Shown piece after piece: positions 17,985 through 26,319 of a stretch of DNA of 32,000 nucleotides (position 1 is its first letter; each line of letters starts with the position of its first letter). Location of the stretch: assembly GCA_024407725.1 (NCBI GenBank), contig JAKSVZ010000001.1:61786-93785 (forward strand). The letters run 5' to 3'. Source of the stretch: Opitutales bacterium. Lineage in GTDB: Bacteria; Verrucomicrobiota; Verrucomicrobiia; Opitutales; UBA9783. The notes under the pieces were generated by a model. It saw only the letters and a program-made list of their open reading frames with translations. It had not been told where the DNA came from and searched no databases. The position numbers and the translations under genes were made by a program.

Positions 17985-18974
17985 TTAGCAAGCTGTCACC
18001 AAATTATTCGCCACTTCACAGACCGAACAATTTTTGTAGAAAATTGCATATAAAGCATCTAAAATCGGGGCTTTTATAGAAGCTTTTTGCAACATAGAAG
18101 CTTTTTGCAACACATCATGGAAGTATAATAAGCTGCTATAGCCTTCTACGGTTCCTGATTGCAATAAATGCTCAATGGAATGGCCTTGGGCTATTTCAAA
18201 CCCTATTTGTCGGTTACGGCTCCAAGAACCCTGAGTGGTTGCGATTAAATCTCCTAAGCCGCTCAATCCATAAAACGTATCTTTTTTGCCGCCCAAATAA
18301 GTACCAATTTTGACCATTTCGGCCAAAGCAGACGCTAGATAGGCTGCTCGAGCATTATCGCCCAACTGCAAACCCTCAATAATGCCTGCGCCGATAGCGT
18401 AGCTATTTTTCAAGCAACCTCCAAGTTCGACCCCAATCCTATCTTCGGAAAAGGACACCTTTACAACGGAATTGCTGAAAAGAGGCGGTAAAAAGTTTAA
18501 CGTTTCATCGGCTCCTAAAACCATGGCAGCCGGTAATCCCTTAGCAAATTCCCGAGCATACGTAGGACCCGATAAACTTCCAATTAAAACTTGAGGTAAA
18601 AATGATTGAATTACCTGCGAAGGCAATTGGAGAGAGTCTTTACCCAAGCCTTTCATCAAAGAAATCACAGGAATTTTTGGCAAATGAATGCGTTGCAATT
18701 GAGCGCACAATTCCGCAAGTCCTTGGGTTGGACAAGCCAAGCACAGAATGGTTTCGGAGGTAATATGAACCGCAAAATCTGCATCGATCATTAACGATTC
18801 AGGTAAAGGAATGCCTGGCAAACGTTCGGTGTTTTCGTGCGCATCCCGTAAGGCTTTAGCTTTAGACTCATCGCGCGGGACCAATACAACATCATCATGC
18901 ATTTTTGCCAAATGAACCGCTACGGCTGTACCCCAAGCTCCTCCACCAATCACGACAAAATTGACTGCACTCAT
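17985..18974 (-). CDS. gpsA: NAD(P)H-dependent glycerol-3-phosphate dehydrogenase
   Basis: 329 aa. Rossmann start VIGGGAWGTAVA, plus the conserved blocks GCLKN and LSGLGDLIATT. Its ATG overlaps the fabI stop (ATGA). Confidence 0.9.
   Translation of the reverse strand: MSAVNFVVIGGGAWGTAVAVHLAKMHDDVVLVPRDESKAKALRDAHENTERLPGIPLPESLMIDADFAVHITSETILCLACPTQGLAELCAQLQRIHLPKIPVISLMKGLGKDSLQLPSQVIQSFLPQVLIGSLSGPTYAREFAKGLPAAMVLGADETLNFLPPLFSNSVVKVSFSEDRIGVELGGCLKNSYAIGAGIIEGLQLGDNARAAYLASALAEMVKIGTYLGGKKDTFYGLSGLGDLIATTQGSWSRNRQIGFEIAQGHSIEHLLQSGTVEGYSSLLYFHDVLQKASMLQKASIKAPILDALYAIFYKNCSVCEVANNLVTAC
18077..18112 (-). repeat. perfect 18-bp in-frame tandem duplication inside gpsA
   Basis: tagaagctttttgcaaca occurs at 18077-18094 and again at 18095-18112. 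It encodes LQKASM-LQKASI near the C-terminus. Confidence 0.9.
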
Positions 18975-19789
18975 GCAATTACCTTCTTTACAACGGCCTC
19001 ATCAAAATAATTACAATCCATACCGGCGTTAACAACCACCGTTTGGGCGTTGATTCCGCTCGATAAAGGACTGAGCAAAAATACAATGGCATTCGCAACC
19101 TCTTGCGTTTCCAAAGCACGCTTACGCAAGGTTAACTGTTCGGCGAATAAATAATTGGGCAAAAAGCTAGGAATACCCGCGGATGCACTGGTTTTTAAGG
19201 GACCCGCACCGACAGCATTGAACCGAACGCTGCTATCGCTGCTGAACGATTTAGCCAAAAAGCGAACGGTGCTTTCCAATGCCGCTTTAATAGGCGACAT
19301 ATAACCGTAATGAATCGCCGTTACTTGCGACGAAATGCCAACCGTAACCACTGACGCTTGTTCGGTCAATAAAGGCTTAAAGTAGCGTGCAATTTCAACC
19401 AATGAGAAACAGGAAATTTCAGCCGCCTGCAAGAAATCCGCCCGTTTGGTTTCATGGAATGGCTTAAATCCATCCGAAAAATTGGCAAAAGCAATTGAAT
19501 GTAAAATGCCATCAATGTGCGGATAACGCTGCTCAACAGCTGATTTTAGGCGCTCGATCTCTGATTCCTGCTCTACATCGCACACATAAATCTGTTCTGG
19601 TTGAATCCAGCGCGATAGCTCATTTTTTCTATCTTCTGAACGCACAGAATAAATAACCTTAGCGCCCAAAGCTTCCAAAACGCGGCTTACATACCACGCA
19701 ATGCTTTTACGATTAGCCAACCCAAACAACAGGAAGGTTTTCCCTTTAATTCCAAGGTAGGAATCCACTGAAAAAGATTCCTCACCCAT
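18971..19789 (-). CDS. fabI: enoyl-[acyl-carrier-protein] reductase (FabI-type SDR)
   Basis: KGKTFLLFGLANRKSIAW nucleotide-binding start and a Y-x6-K catalytic pair (YGYMSPIKAALE). ATG 19789 is preferred (8-nt overlap with the fabZ stop); the track start is 19807. Confidence 0.85.
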   Translation of the reverse strand: MGEESFSVDSYLGIKGKTFLLFGLANRKSIAWYVSRVLEALGAKVIYSVRSEDRKNELSRWIQPEQIYVCDVEQESEIERLKSAVEQRYPHIDGILHSIAFANFSDGFKPFHETKRADFLQAAEISCFSLVEIARYFKPLLTEQASVVTVGISSQVTAIHYGYMSPIKAALESTVRFLAKSFSSDSSVRFNAVGAGPLKTSASAGIPSFLPNYLFAEQLTLRKRALETQEVANAIVFLLSPLSSGINAQTVVVNAGMDCNYFDEAVVKKVIA

Positions 19790-20261
19790 GCGCCACCTCG
19801 GATACAATTCCTAATATAAAACGGATGGATACCAACAGCTGCTCCTCTTTGTGGACACAGCCATCGAAGAAAAAGAAATCCTGTATGCGATGGTCAAACG
19901 TAGCCGATAGCTGCAAACAATCCCCCGGTAACGCCATGCGTTTGAATTTAGCAGATTCGACCCGAACCAACACAGGAACTCGGTTATCCAACTCATCCGG
20001 TTTCATAATCTGCTGGCTCATTAAAATACCTGCGCTTTGAAAAACCGCTTCGCACAGCAGCACCCCCGGCATAATAGGTTGATTGGGATAATGCCCCTTG
20101 AAAAACTCCTCGTCTGAACGCAAACGCCGCTCGGTTTTAATACTCGTTGGCGTTATTTGAACCACCCGATCGACAAATAAAAAGGGCGGTCTATGAGGAA
20201 TCGCCTGAAGCACATTAGCCTCGGCAAAACTTTCAACAGGCTGCTTCTCGTTACTCATCAT
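19782..20261 (-). CDS. fabZ: 3-hydroxyacyl-ACP dehydratase (FabZ-like hotdog fold)
   Basis: IPHRPPFLFVDRV plus FKGHYPNQPIMPGVLLCEAVFQ (catalytic His and Glu). ATG-ATG at 20261/20258 is preferred over the track start 20315. Confidence 0.8.
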   Translation of the reverse strand: MMSNEKQPVESFAEANVLQAIPHRPPFLFVDRVVQITPTSIKTERRLRSDEEFFKGHYPNQPIMPGVLLCEAVFQSAGILMSQQIMKPDELDNRVPVLVRVESAKFKRMALPGDCLQLSATFDHRIQDFFFFDGCVHKEEQLLVSIRFILGIVSEVAHG

Positions 20262-20369
20262 ACGCTCAACATTTTCAACATTATAATCTAAAACGCAATA
20301 AAAACATAAAGGCATTTTTTACTTTACATTTTTTGCAGCTCATGGCTTTTTAAATAAAAAAAAGATCCT

Positions 20370-20471
20370 ATGGGTAATTTAAAGAAGAAGCGTCTTTTAA
20401 AGATGAACAAGCACAAGCGTCGCAAGCGTTCTAAAATGCATCGTCATCTAAAGCGCACTTGGGGATTATAA
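20370..20471 (+). CDS. 33-aa highly basic peptide, bS22 / AURKAIP1-COX24-family small ribosomal protein-like
   Basis: Below the ORF-track size cut-off. Hand translation gives [33 protein letters not shown]. Length and the MG..KKR...M.K.KHR pattern match bS22 peptides as I recall them. Confidence 0.65.
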   Translation: MGNLKKKRLLKMNKHKRRKRSKMHRHLKRTWGL

Positions 20472-20486
20472 AAATCAACAGCCCCC

Positions 20487-21167
20487 ATGAAGCGACAAAA
20501 TAGCCATGGGTTCATCAGTAAGATTAGCCTTATCGGTTTATTTTCATTATTAGGGGTATTCGTTTTAGCTTATCTAGCGAGTCAAGGGGAATACTTTAGC
20601 TATTTGCGCCAGCAATTAGCATTGTTTTACAACCTAATGAAGCATCATGCGGGACTGTTGCTCTTTTCCCTATTATTTCTCCCAACATTTGGTCTTCCCC
20701 TATCTCCCATGCTCGTGTGTGCTGGGGCTTTATGGCCTATCAAAAGCGCCTGCGTAATCAGTTTCTGCTGCATCGGGTTCAACCTTGTATTTTCCTACTT
20801 CTTTTACAAAAAGTGCCTCAATCGCTTTTTGTTCTCGCTCATCTTCCGACATACTAAATTGCCGGACATTCCAACCGATCGACGACTCACCAGCTTACGT
20901 TGGTGCTTCTTGATCCAACTGATTCCGCATATCCCCTACTCCATTCAATGTTATATCTTGGCGACCCTCAAAGATGTACATTTTTGGCACTATTTGAGCA
21001 TTAGTTGGCTGATGCAAGCTCTATGGGCAATCGGCTTTATTTGTAGCGGACAAGCCATCCTGTCGGGTCAATTAGGGTGGATCGTTTTCTCAGCGCTCCT
21101 CCTAGGAATTTACTTCACCTACCGTTACGGTTCCCGTTTCCGCAAAACGAATTCAACGGTATGTTAA
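20487..21167 (+). CDS. integral membrane protein, VTT-domain (DedA/TVP38-TMEM64-like)
   Basis: 226 aa with 5-6 hydrophobic helices. The segment LPTFGLPLSPMLVCAGALWPIKSA...FYKK resembles the VTT core. Family assignment is tentative. Confidence 0.6.
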   Translation: MKRQNSHGFISKISLIGLFSLLGVFVLAYLASQGEYFSYLRQQLALFYNLMKHHAGLLLFSLLFLPTFGLPLSPMLVCAGALWPIKSACVISFCCIGFNLVFSYFFYKKCLNRFLFSLIFRHTKLPDIPTDRRLTSLRWCFLIQLIPHIPYSIQCYILATLKDVHFWHYLSISWLMQALWAIGFICSGQAILSGQLGWIVFSALLLGIYFTYRYGSRFRKTNSTVC

Positions 21168-22495
21168 CCCCATTCATCAAAGGCCCACTGTCGGTGGAAG
21201 CCTTGTCGATGCACCTAAAAACCTGCATCCGTAACGCCTTTCCCTACGTTGCTGTTTATGGAGAAATTTCCAACCTACGGCGCGCGCAAAATACCACCTT
21301 TTTCACCTTAAAGGATGCGGCGAGTCAAATTCCGGTAGTTTTATTCAACAACGCGAGTAATACGCTTCTGCCGACCCTCACGAATGGGCAATTGATGCTC
21401 ATTGAAGGACGTGTGGATGTTTATATTGCATCCGGACGTTACCAAATTGTTGCCAATAAAATCCGCGAATTGGGATTGGGGGAACTCCAGCAGCAATTTG
21501 AAGCCTTAAAAACGAAGCTCAAAAACGAAGGGCTGTTTGACGCAGATAAAAAGTTACCGCTGCCGCCCCTACCGCATACCATTGGAGTTATTACCTCACC
21601 CGAAGCGGCAGCCTTGCAGGATTTTATCCATACCCTGCAGCGCGAAAACTGGCTTGGTTCCGTCCTATTGGCTCCTGCGCTTGTTCAGGGAAACGGAGCT
21701 GCAGCATCCATTATACATGCCTTCAAACAACTGCATAAGCGCTCGGATATCGAACTTATTGTGTTGATTCGAGGCGGAGGTAGCTTTGAAGATTTAAATG
21801 GCTTCAATCAAGAAACGCTGGTACGTACCTTAGCAACCCGCAAAAAACCATTGTTAACCGGCATTGGGCATGAAATCGATTACACCCTGTGCGATTTTGT
21901 TGCAGATAAGCGAGCAGAAACCCCAACGGCTGCTGCTGAATGGATTGCACGCACCTACCAATCGTACGCTCAACAGTATCAGCACCTAAGCACCCGATTT
22001 CAACAGACCGTCCAGTTCCGAACACATACCGTTCAACGTCAGGTTGTCCATCTAACCGAACGCCTTGCAGCGCTCAAACCCACCCAGTTGATTATTACGT
22101 ACCGAGAACGTTATGCGCGCTACACCCAAAGCCTCCAAGCAGCTTATCAAAGGCATTTAAGCGCAAAAACAGTACAAGTTAACCAATACGCCGAAGGTTT
22201 GAAGCACTTAAAACCATCCACAACCCTACAGAAGCGTTCTGAGCAATTAACGCAGCTCACACAACGGCTACGCACGTGTTTGCAGCAACAGTATACTCAA
22301 CAGCATCAACGCTGGACGCAAGCGACTCACCTACTACAAACGTTATCGTTAGAGCGCCAATTGAAACGCGGATTGTTGATTCCACTCGCTCGCAATCGAA
22401 CGCAGGTACAAAGTTTCTCTGCCGATCCCAACGGTCAATGGCTATGGCATCGAAGCGGAAAGTTTTTCGTACGTATCATTGACAAAGAACCCTAA
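21161..22495 (+). CDS. xseA: exodeoxyribonuclease VII large subunit
   Basis: N-terminal OB-fold region (VAVYGEISNLRRAQNTTFFTLKD), catalytic block GIGHEIDYTLCDFVADKRAETPTAAAE and a long Gln-rich helical tail. ATG 21161 overlaps the upstream stop (ATGTTAA); the track start 21077 is rejected. Confidence 0.9.
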   Translation: MLTPFIKGPLSVEALSMHLKTCIRNAFPYVAVYGEISNLRRAQNTTFFTLKDAASQIPVVLFNNASNTLLPTLTNGQLMLIEGRVDVYIASGRYQIVANKIRELGLGELQQQFEALKTKLKNEGLFDADKKLPLPPLPHTIGVITSPEAAALQDFIHTLQRENWLGSVLLAPALVQGNGAAASIIHAFKQLHKRSDIELIVLIRGGGSFEDLNGFNQETLVRTLATRKKPLLTGIGHEIDYTLCDFVADKRAETPTAAAEWIARTYQSYAQQYQHLSTRFQQTVQFRTHTVQRQVVHLTERLAALKPTQLIITYRERYARYTQSLQAAYQRHLSAKTVQVNQYAEGLKHLKPSTTLQKRSEQLTQLTQRLRTCLQQQYTQQHQRWTQATHLLQTLSLERQLKRGLLIPLARNRTQVQSFSADPNGQWLWHRSGKFFVRIIDKEP

Positions 22496-22550
22496 GCTTT
22501 CATACTAAGTCTGATGAACCGATGATGCGGTGATCCTTTAATAATTCTAA

Positions 22551-23576
22551 ATGACTATGCAAAAAATTACATTATCTGGAATCTTGTTCAGCCTGATTCC
22601 ACTACTGGCTTATGGGAATCCTTATGAGGTTAAACCTGATTGTAAAATACCCGTATTCACAACCAAAGACACGACTTTAGAATACGAAAAAAGCGCAAAG
22701 GGAACTGAATGCTCCGCTTTAGACGCAGTTTTGCTACCGGGAGAACAGATCAACATTTTAGATCTCGAAGCAAGACCTATCATCCCCGTTGAATATTTAC
22801 TAGGGAAACGCGTATTAAAAGGCTATATCCATCAAGATTTTCTGGAAAACGTCATTGATACTGAATCAAATAAGCCACTTCAACAACCGAAGGCAAAACC
22901 TTTGCCTCTAAAAGAATGTGACGCGATTTTGAAACGCTGCTTGGATGAACAAGTTCCGTATTGCTGGGGCGGAAACAACTTCGAAGCTATTCCCATGCCT
23001 GTTGATTATCAATTTACATCAAAAACATCTGAGGAAAACCCTGATGCCCTATTCGAACTCCGCGGATTTGATTGCTCCGGTATCTTGCACTACATCTCCA
23101 ATGGAACATTGCCTCACTGCACCAAGGATTTAAAAGACGCAGGTCAAATCGTACGCAAATTTGACTGCTCTAAGGTTTATCCCAAATGGCAACGGGAAGA
23201 ACGTTTGAGTAAACTCAAAAGCCTCGATTACATCCTTCTGTTAACTCCCAAAGGCGGTCATGTGTTAGTAGTGTACAATGGCGGGCTGTTTGAATTTAGA
23301 GACATCAAATCCGGCTGTACCTTCACCCCAGGAGCACGCGTCCTAGAACGTTTTAATGAATTGTTTGAGCAAGGGAAACAAGCAGGCAAGAGTGAAATTT
23401 ACTTCATTACTTGGCACTCAGAAGCCAAAACCCCTGAAGCTGCAGCCAAACCTCTTATGAAAGAGGAAAAGGCTAAAACGAGCTGGGATGGATCATTCAA
23501 AAAACCGAAACCTGTCTTTGGTAACAAAGAAAACAAAGAGGTAAAAGAAAATAAAGAAAGCAAAGATAACAAATAA
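22551..23576 (+). CDS. secreted NlpC/P60-family cysteine peptidase with Lys/Glu/Asn-rich tail
   Basis: Signal peptide (ITLSGILFSLIPLLAYG). Catalytic Cys context FDCSGILHYI, downstream GHVLVV His, and a low-complexity C-terminus KENKEVKENKESKDNK. Confidence 0.8.
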   Translation: MTMQKITLSGILFSLIPLLAYGNPYEVKPDCKIPVFTTKDTTLEYEKSAKGTECSALDAVLLPGEQINILDLEARPIIPVEYLLGKRVLKGYIHQDFLENVIDTESNKPLQQPKAKPLPLKECDAILKRCLDEQVPYCWGGNNFEAIPMPVDYQFTSKTSEENPDALFELRGFDCSGILHYISNGTLPHCTKDLKDAGQIVRKFDCSKVYPKWQREERLSKLKSLDYILLLTPKGGHVLVVYNGGLFEFRDIKSGCTFTPGARVLERFNELFEQGKQAGKSEIYFITWHSEAKTPEAAAKPLMKEEKAKTSWDGSFKKPKPVFGNKENKEVKENKESKDNK

Positions 23577-23614
23577 GGTTCGGCTTTTGTCGTTGAGCTG
23601 GATTAAACCCCAGC

Positions 23615-24109
23615 TTAACGTTCGCCAGCAATGCGATCCAGTTCCAGCATCGCTTCTAAGCTTCCCTTGGTAGCAATGCGATGAGCAGAATCCATATAGT
23701 GGCTGCATTGCTCTTCTTCTTCAACTTGCTCCGTAATAAACCACTGGAGGCAAACCTGCGTTGGGTAATCATGCTTTTTTACCGCCAATTCATACGCTCG
23801 GTGAATATTTTTCGTGTTTTTAACCTCCAAATCATAAGCAATCTTAAAAGCTTCGCATGGGCATTTTAGGGTGAAATTTTTAACCTTAAAATCCTGCAAT
23901 TTAACAACACCCTGACGCGATTGAATATAATCAATCAACCGATCCGCATGCTCTAATTCCTCGCGGTATTGCTTCCGCATCCAATGCGCAAAACCATCAA
24001 AATTTAGCGCGTTTAAGGCTGAATATAACCCTAAATACGCATAAGCCGACTCGAACTCATGGCGTACCTGCTCGTTTAGAATCAATTCTATATCCGTTTC
24101 AATCTTCAT
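23615..24109 (-). CDS. ftn: non-heme ferritin
   Basis: 164 aa. Ferroxidase-centre pattern EFESAYAYLGL...YREELEHADRLIDYI...QVEEE. Confidence 0.9.
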   Translation of the reverse strand: MKIETDIELILNEQVRHEFESAYAYLGLYSALNALNFDGFAHWMRKQYREELEHADRLIDYIQSRQGVVKLQDFKVKNFTLKCPCEAFKIAYDLEVKNTKNIHRAYELAVKKHDYPTQVCLQWFITEQVEEEEQCSHYMDSAHRIATKGSLEAMLELDRIAGER

Positions 24110-24117
24110 ACATAATT

Positions 24118-24146
24118 AGTATATACGCTCAAAAGGCTAATAGCAA
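24118..24146 (-). promoter_or_regulatory. sigma-70-type promoter TTGCTA-17-TATACT abutting the ferritin ATG
   Basis: Minus strand: TTGCTA (24146-24141), a 17-nt spacer, TATACT (24123-24118), then only 8 nt (aattatgt) before ATG 24109. Confidence 0.45.
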
Positions 24147-24240
24147 CCAACCGCCAACAACCAAAATCCATCGAACGTATCGCCTTAATGGAAGCATGCT
24201 AACCTCATCCTTTTAGCGCTAGAAGCGGCGTAGCTTCTAT

Positions 24241-24257
24241 CCCCCCCCCAAAAAAAA
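24241..24257. repeat. homopolymer pair C9 then A8
   Basis: ccccccccc (24241-24249) is followed directly by aaaaaaaa (24250-24257). It lies in the divergent ferritin/OMP intergenic region, 3 nt before a TTGCAA hexamer. Confidence 0.95.
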
Positions 24258-24286
24258 GCTTGCAATTTTCAAAAAACGCCCAAAAT

Positions 24287-24343
24287 CTTATAAGGAAACG
24301 CCTTATAAGGAAACGCCTTATAAGGAAACGCCTTATAAGGAAA
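24287..24343 (+). repeat. 15-bp tandem repeat x3.8 (cttataaggaaacgc), each unit carrying the 10-bp palindrome CCTTATAAGG
   Basis: Copies at 24287-24301, 24302-24316 and 24317-24331, plus a partial copy at 24332-24343 that ends at the first base of the OMP start codon (24343-24345). The last unit supplies the only SD-like AAGGA. Confidence 0.95.
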
Positions 24344-25200
24344 TGACTAAAAGAGTAAGTCTATTAATAGCCCTAAGTATTGCTTTGGGAATACACACCC
24401 CCTGTTATGGTTTGTACGTCATGGTACGTAGTGGTTTTGGAGAGTTGAAGGGGGAAAATCTAGGCGCATTCACAAGAGGAGCAACCCAAGCTCCCACTGT
24501 CATGGGTATTACTCACTATCGTGTTTTTCGTAATAACAACCGATGCGGATCCGAGGGCTTCAAATACAAAGATCACAAAAACTTATCGGTGGCTTTAGGT
24601 GGACGCTTTGATGTGTTTGACATCGGAGCATTAGGGTTAGAAGTAGAAATCCTAGGGGCTTATGCCAATTTTGATCGCAAAAACAGAAAGAAAATTAATT
24701 ATATGAATTGGGATGGATTAGCTAGTCCTGATCTTATAACAGTCGCAATGCGTAATTTGGATCCTAACCCCCGACTTCATACAGGTTTATTTAGATTAAT
24801 GTACCTTAAAAATCAACGTATTGCCGGAGCGCAGGTCAATATCTATTGGGAACACTATATCTTAGATTGGTTATCCGCTGGGATCGGTGTCGGTATTGGT
24901 GGCGCTTATGTCTGTACCAAATTTACTACGCTGGAATGGTTTTCGCGATATAATAGAGCAGCTGGTTGGCTCCCTTATACTAGTCTTAGCAACCGCCGTA
25001 AGTATGTCCATTCCGGCTCGTTACTATACAACTTTAGCCTGTTTGTACGTGCAGAGAAGTTTGAAACGCTATTTGAGGTTGGTTATCGCCATATCGGATT
25101 ACACCAGATGTTTGGTGCTAAATGTTATGGGTATGAAATTCCGAAGCTCGCTAATCTCCATTCCGACCAAATCTATTTGGGTGTAGGAAGAACGTTCTAA
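24343..25200 (+). CDS. outer-membrane beta-barrel protein (family unassigned)
   Basis: Signal peptide MTKRVSLLIALSIALGIHTPCYG. Alternating amphipathic strands, Gly/aromatic-rich. The C-terminus ends in Phe (YLGVGRTF), typical of BAM substrates. Confidence 0.65.
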   Translation: MTKRVSLLIALSIALGIHTPCYGLYVMVRSGFGELKGENLGAFTRGATQAPTVMGITHYRVFRNNNRCGSEGFKYKDHKNLSVALGGRFDVFDIGALGLEVEILGAYANFDRKNRKKINYMNWDGLASPDLITVAMRNLDPNPRLHTGLFRLMYLKNQRIAGAQVNIYWEHYILDWLSAGIGVGIGGAYVCTKFTTLEWFSRYNRAAGWLPYTSLSNRRKYVHSGSLLYNFSLFVRAEKFETLFEVGYRHIGLHQMFGAKCYGYEIPKLANLHSDQIYLGVGRTF

Positions 25201-25312
25201 GGCAAGCTCTGAGGGGCTAAAATCGAGCTATATTTTTGCCTTATTTTATTCATCTGCTAGCAATAAACCTTGACAGGCAGCCAATGCAAACGGTGAGATA
25301 AATAGGTATTAT

Positions 25313-25389
25313 CGGGTCATGGCGTAGTCTGGTAGCGCGCTTGCATGGGGTGCAAGAAGTCGCGAGTTCGAATCTCGCTGACCCGACCA
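25313..25389 (+). tRNA. tRNA-Pro (anticodon GGG), CCA encoded
   Basis: Hand-folded cloverleaf. Acceptor CGGGTCA/TGACCCG, D-arm GCGT/GCGC, anticodon stem CTTGC/GCAAG with loop AT-GGG-GT (G37), T-arm GCGAG-TTCGAAT-CTCGC, then ACCA followed by T6. Confidence 0.9.
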
Positions 25390-25507
25390 GTTTTTTCCAT
25401 TACTTTTACTTTTTCCATTACAGTCCTAAGGCGCATTAAAACCGCTGATAGCGGCGCATTACCTAGGTTTTGGTTTTTGGCATCGATTATGCTTTTAACC
25501 CCAAGCC

Positions 25508-26287
25508 ATGGTGTTACCCAAATCCCCATTGTCCTCAAAACAACCGCTGTCGGAACCATCCAATGACATACAGCGCCCCAACTGGGAACTGGTGAAACTC
25601 TACCTGCCCCTAGTAAAATCGATTACTAAAAAAACATTGGCGCACTTTCCGGATTCAATCGATCGGGAAAGTATCCATACCATTGGGCTGCTCGGATTAA
25701 TTTCCGCCAGCAAAAGTTATAATGCCCGCAAAGATGCACGATTTGGCGCGTATGCCGCCATTCGTATCCGTGGAGCGCTTCTAGACGAACTGCGTCGTCT
25801 TGATTGGCTTCCAAGGCATTTGCGGCAAAAAATCACTCGCTACAATAAAACGTTAAAGCATTGGGAACAGACGCTCGGTCGTCCCTTATCTGACGATGAA
25901 GCCTGTAATTACCTGCATTTAACCAAAAAACAGCTTAATCAGGTTAAACAATATTTAAAACCGTACGTATTTATATCAATAGATCAGCCGTGTGATTGGG
26001 ATCGGGAGAACTCATCCTTATTGATCGCCAATCAACTAGCCGATCACAACCAACAAACTGGTATCGACGCGTATGAACAAAAAGAATTGTACGAACTGCT
26101 TCATCACGAAGTGAATCAACTCCCCGAAAAGATGCAGCATATGTTCCAACTTCATTATCAACAAGGTATCCATTGGTCGCAAATCGCTACCCTATTTCAA
26201 TTGAGCAAATCCCGCATTTGTCAGATGCACACCTTGATGATCCAAAGGATACGCAAAAACCTAATGAAACACCTTTCTAATAACTAA
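25508..26287 (+). CDS. fliA: RNA polymerase sigma-28 factor (FliA/WhiG family; RpsD equivalent in chlamydiae)
   Basis: 259 aa. Region 2 FGAYAAIRIRGALLDELRRLDWLPR is characteristic of FliA. Region 4.2 HTH is WSQIATLFQLSKSRICQMHTLMIQRIRKNL. Confidence 0.85.
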   Translation: MVLPKSPLSSKQPLSEPSNDIQRPNWELVKLYLPLVKSITKKTLAHFPDSIDRESIHTIGLLGLISASKSYNARKDARFGAYAAIRIRGALLDELRRLDWLPRHLRQKITRYNKTLKHWEQTLGRPLSDDEACNYLHLTKKQLNQVKQYLKPYVFISIDQPCDWDRENSSLLIANQLADHNQQTGIDAYEQKELYELLHHEVNQLPEKMQHMFQLHYQQGIHWSQIATLFQLSKSRICQMHTLMIQRIRKNLMKHLSNN

Positions 26288-26319
26288 CTTATTCAAATCA
26301 ATCTAATCTACTACAATCT

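Noticed and set aside
20985-21000. A second sigma-54-like element, TGGCAC-tattt-GAGCA, on the plus strand ~175 nt upstream of xseA.
   Set aside because: It lies inside the VTT membrane-protein CDS. The -12 half matches only GCA, and this degree of match is not far from chance expectation.
24287-24343. Whether the 15-bp tandem repeat could be a CRISPR array.
   Set aside because: The units are directly abutting with no spacers, they are far shorter than CRISPR repeats, and no cas genes are nearby.
25270-25304. TTGACA at 25270-25275 upstream of tRNA-Pro, considered as its promoter.
   Set aside because: The candidate -10 hexamers at 17-19 nt spacing (GTGAGA, GAGATA) are poor, and GATAAA lies 21 nt away. 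It is plausible but not supportable by eye.
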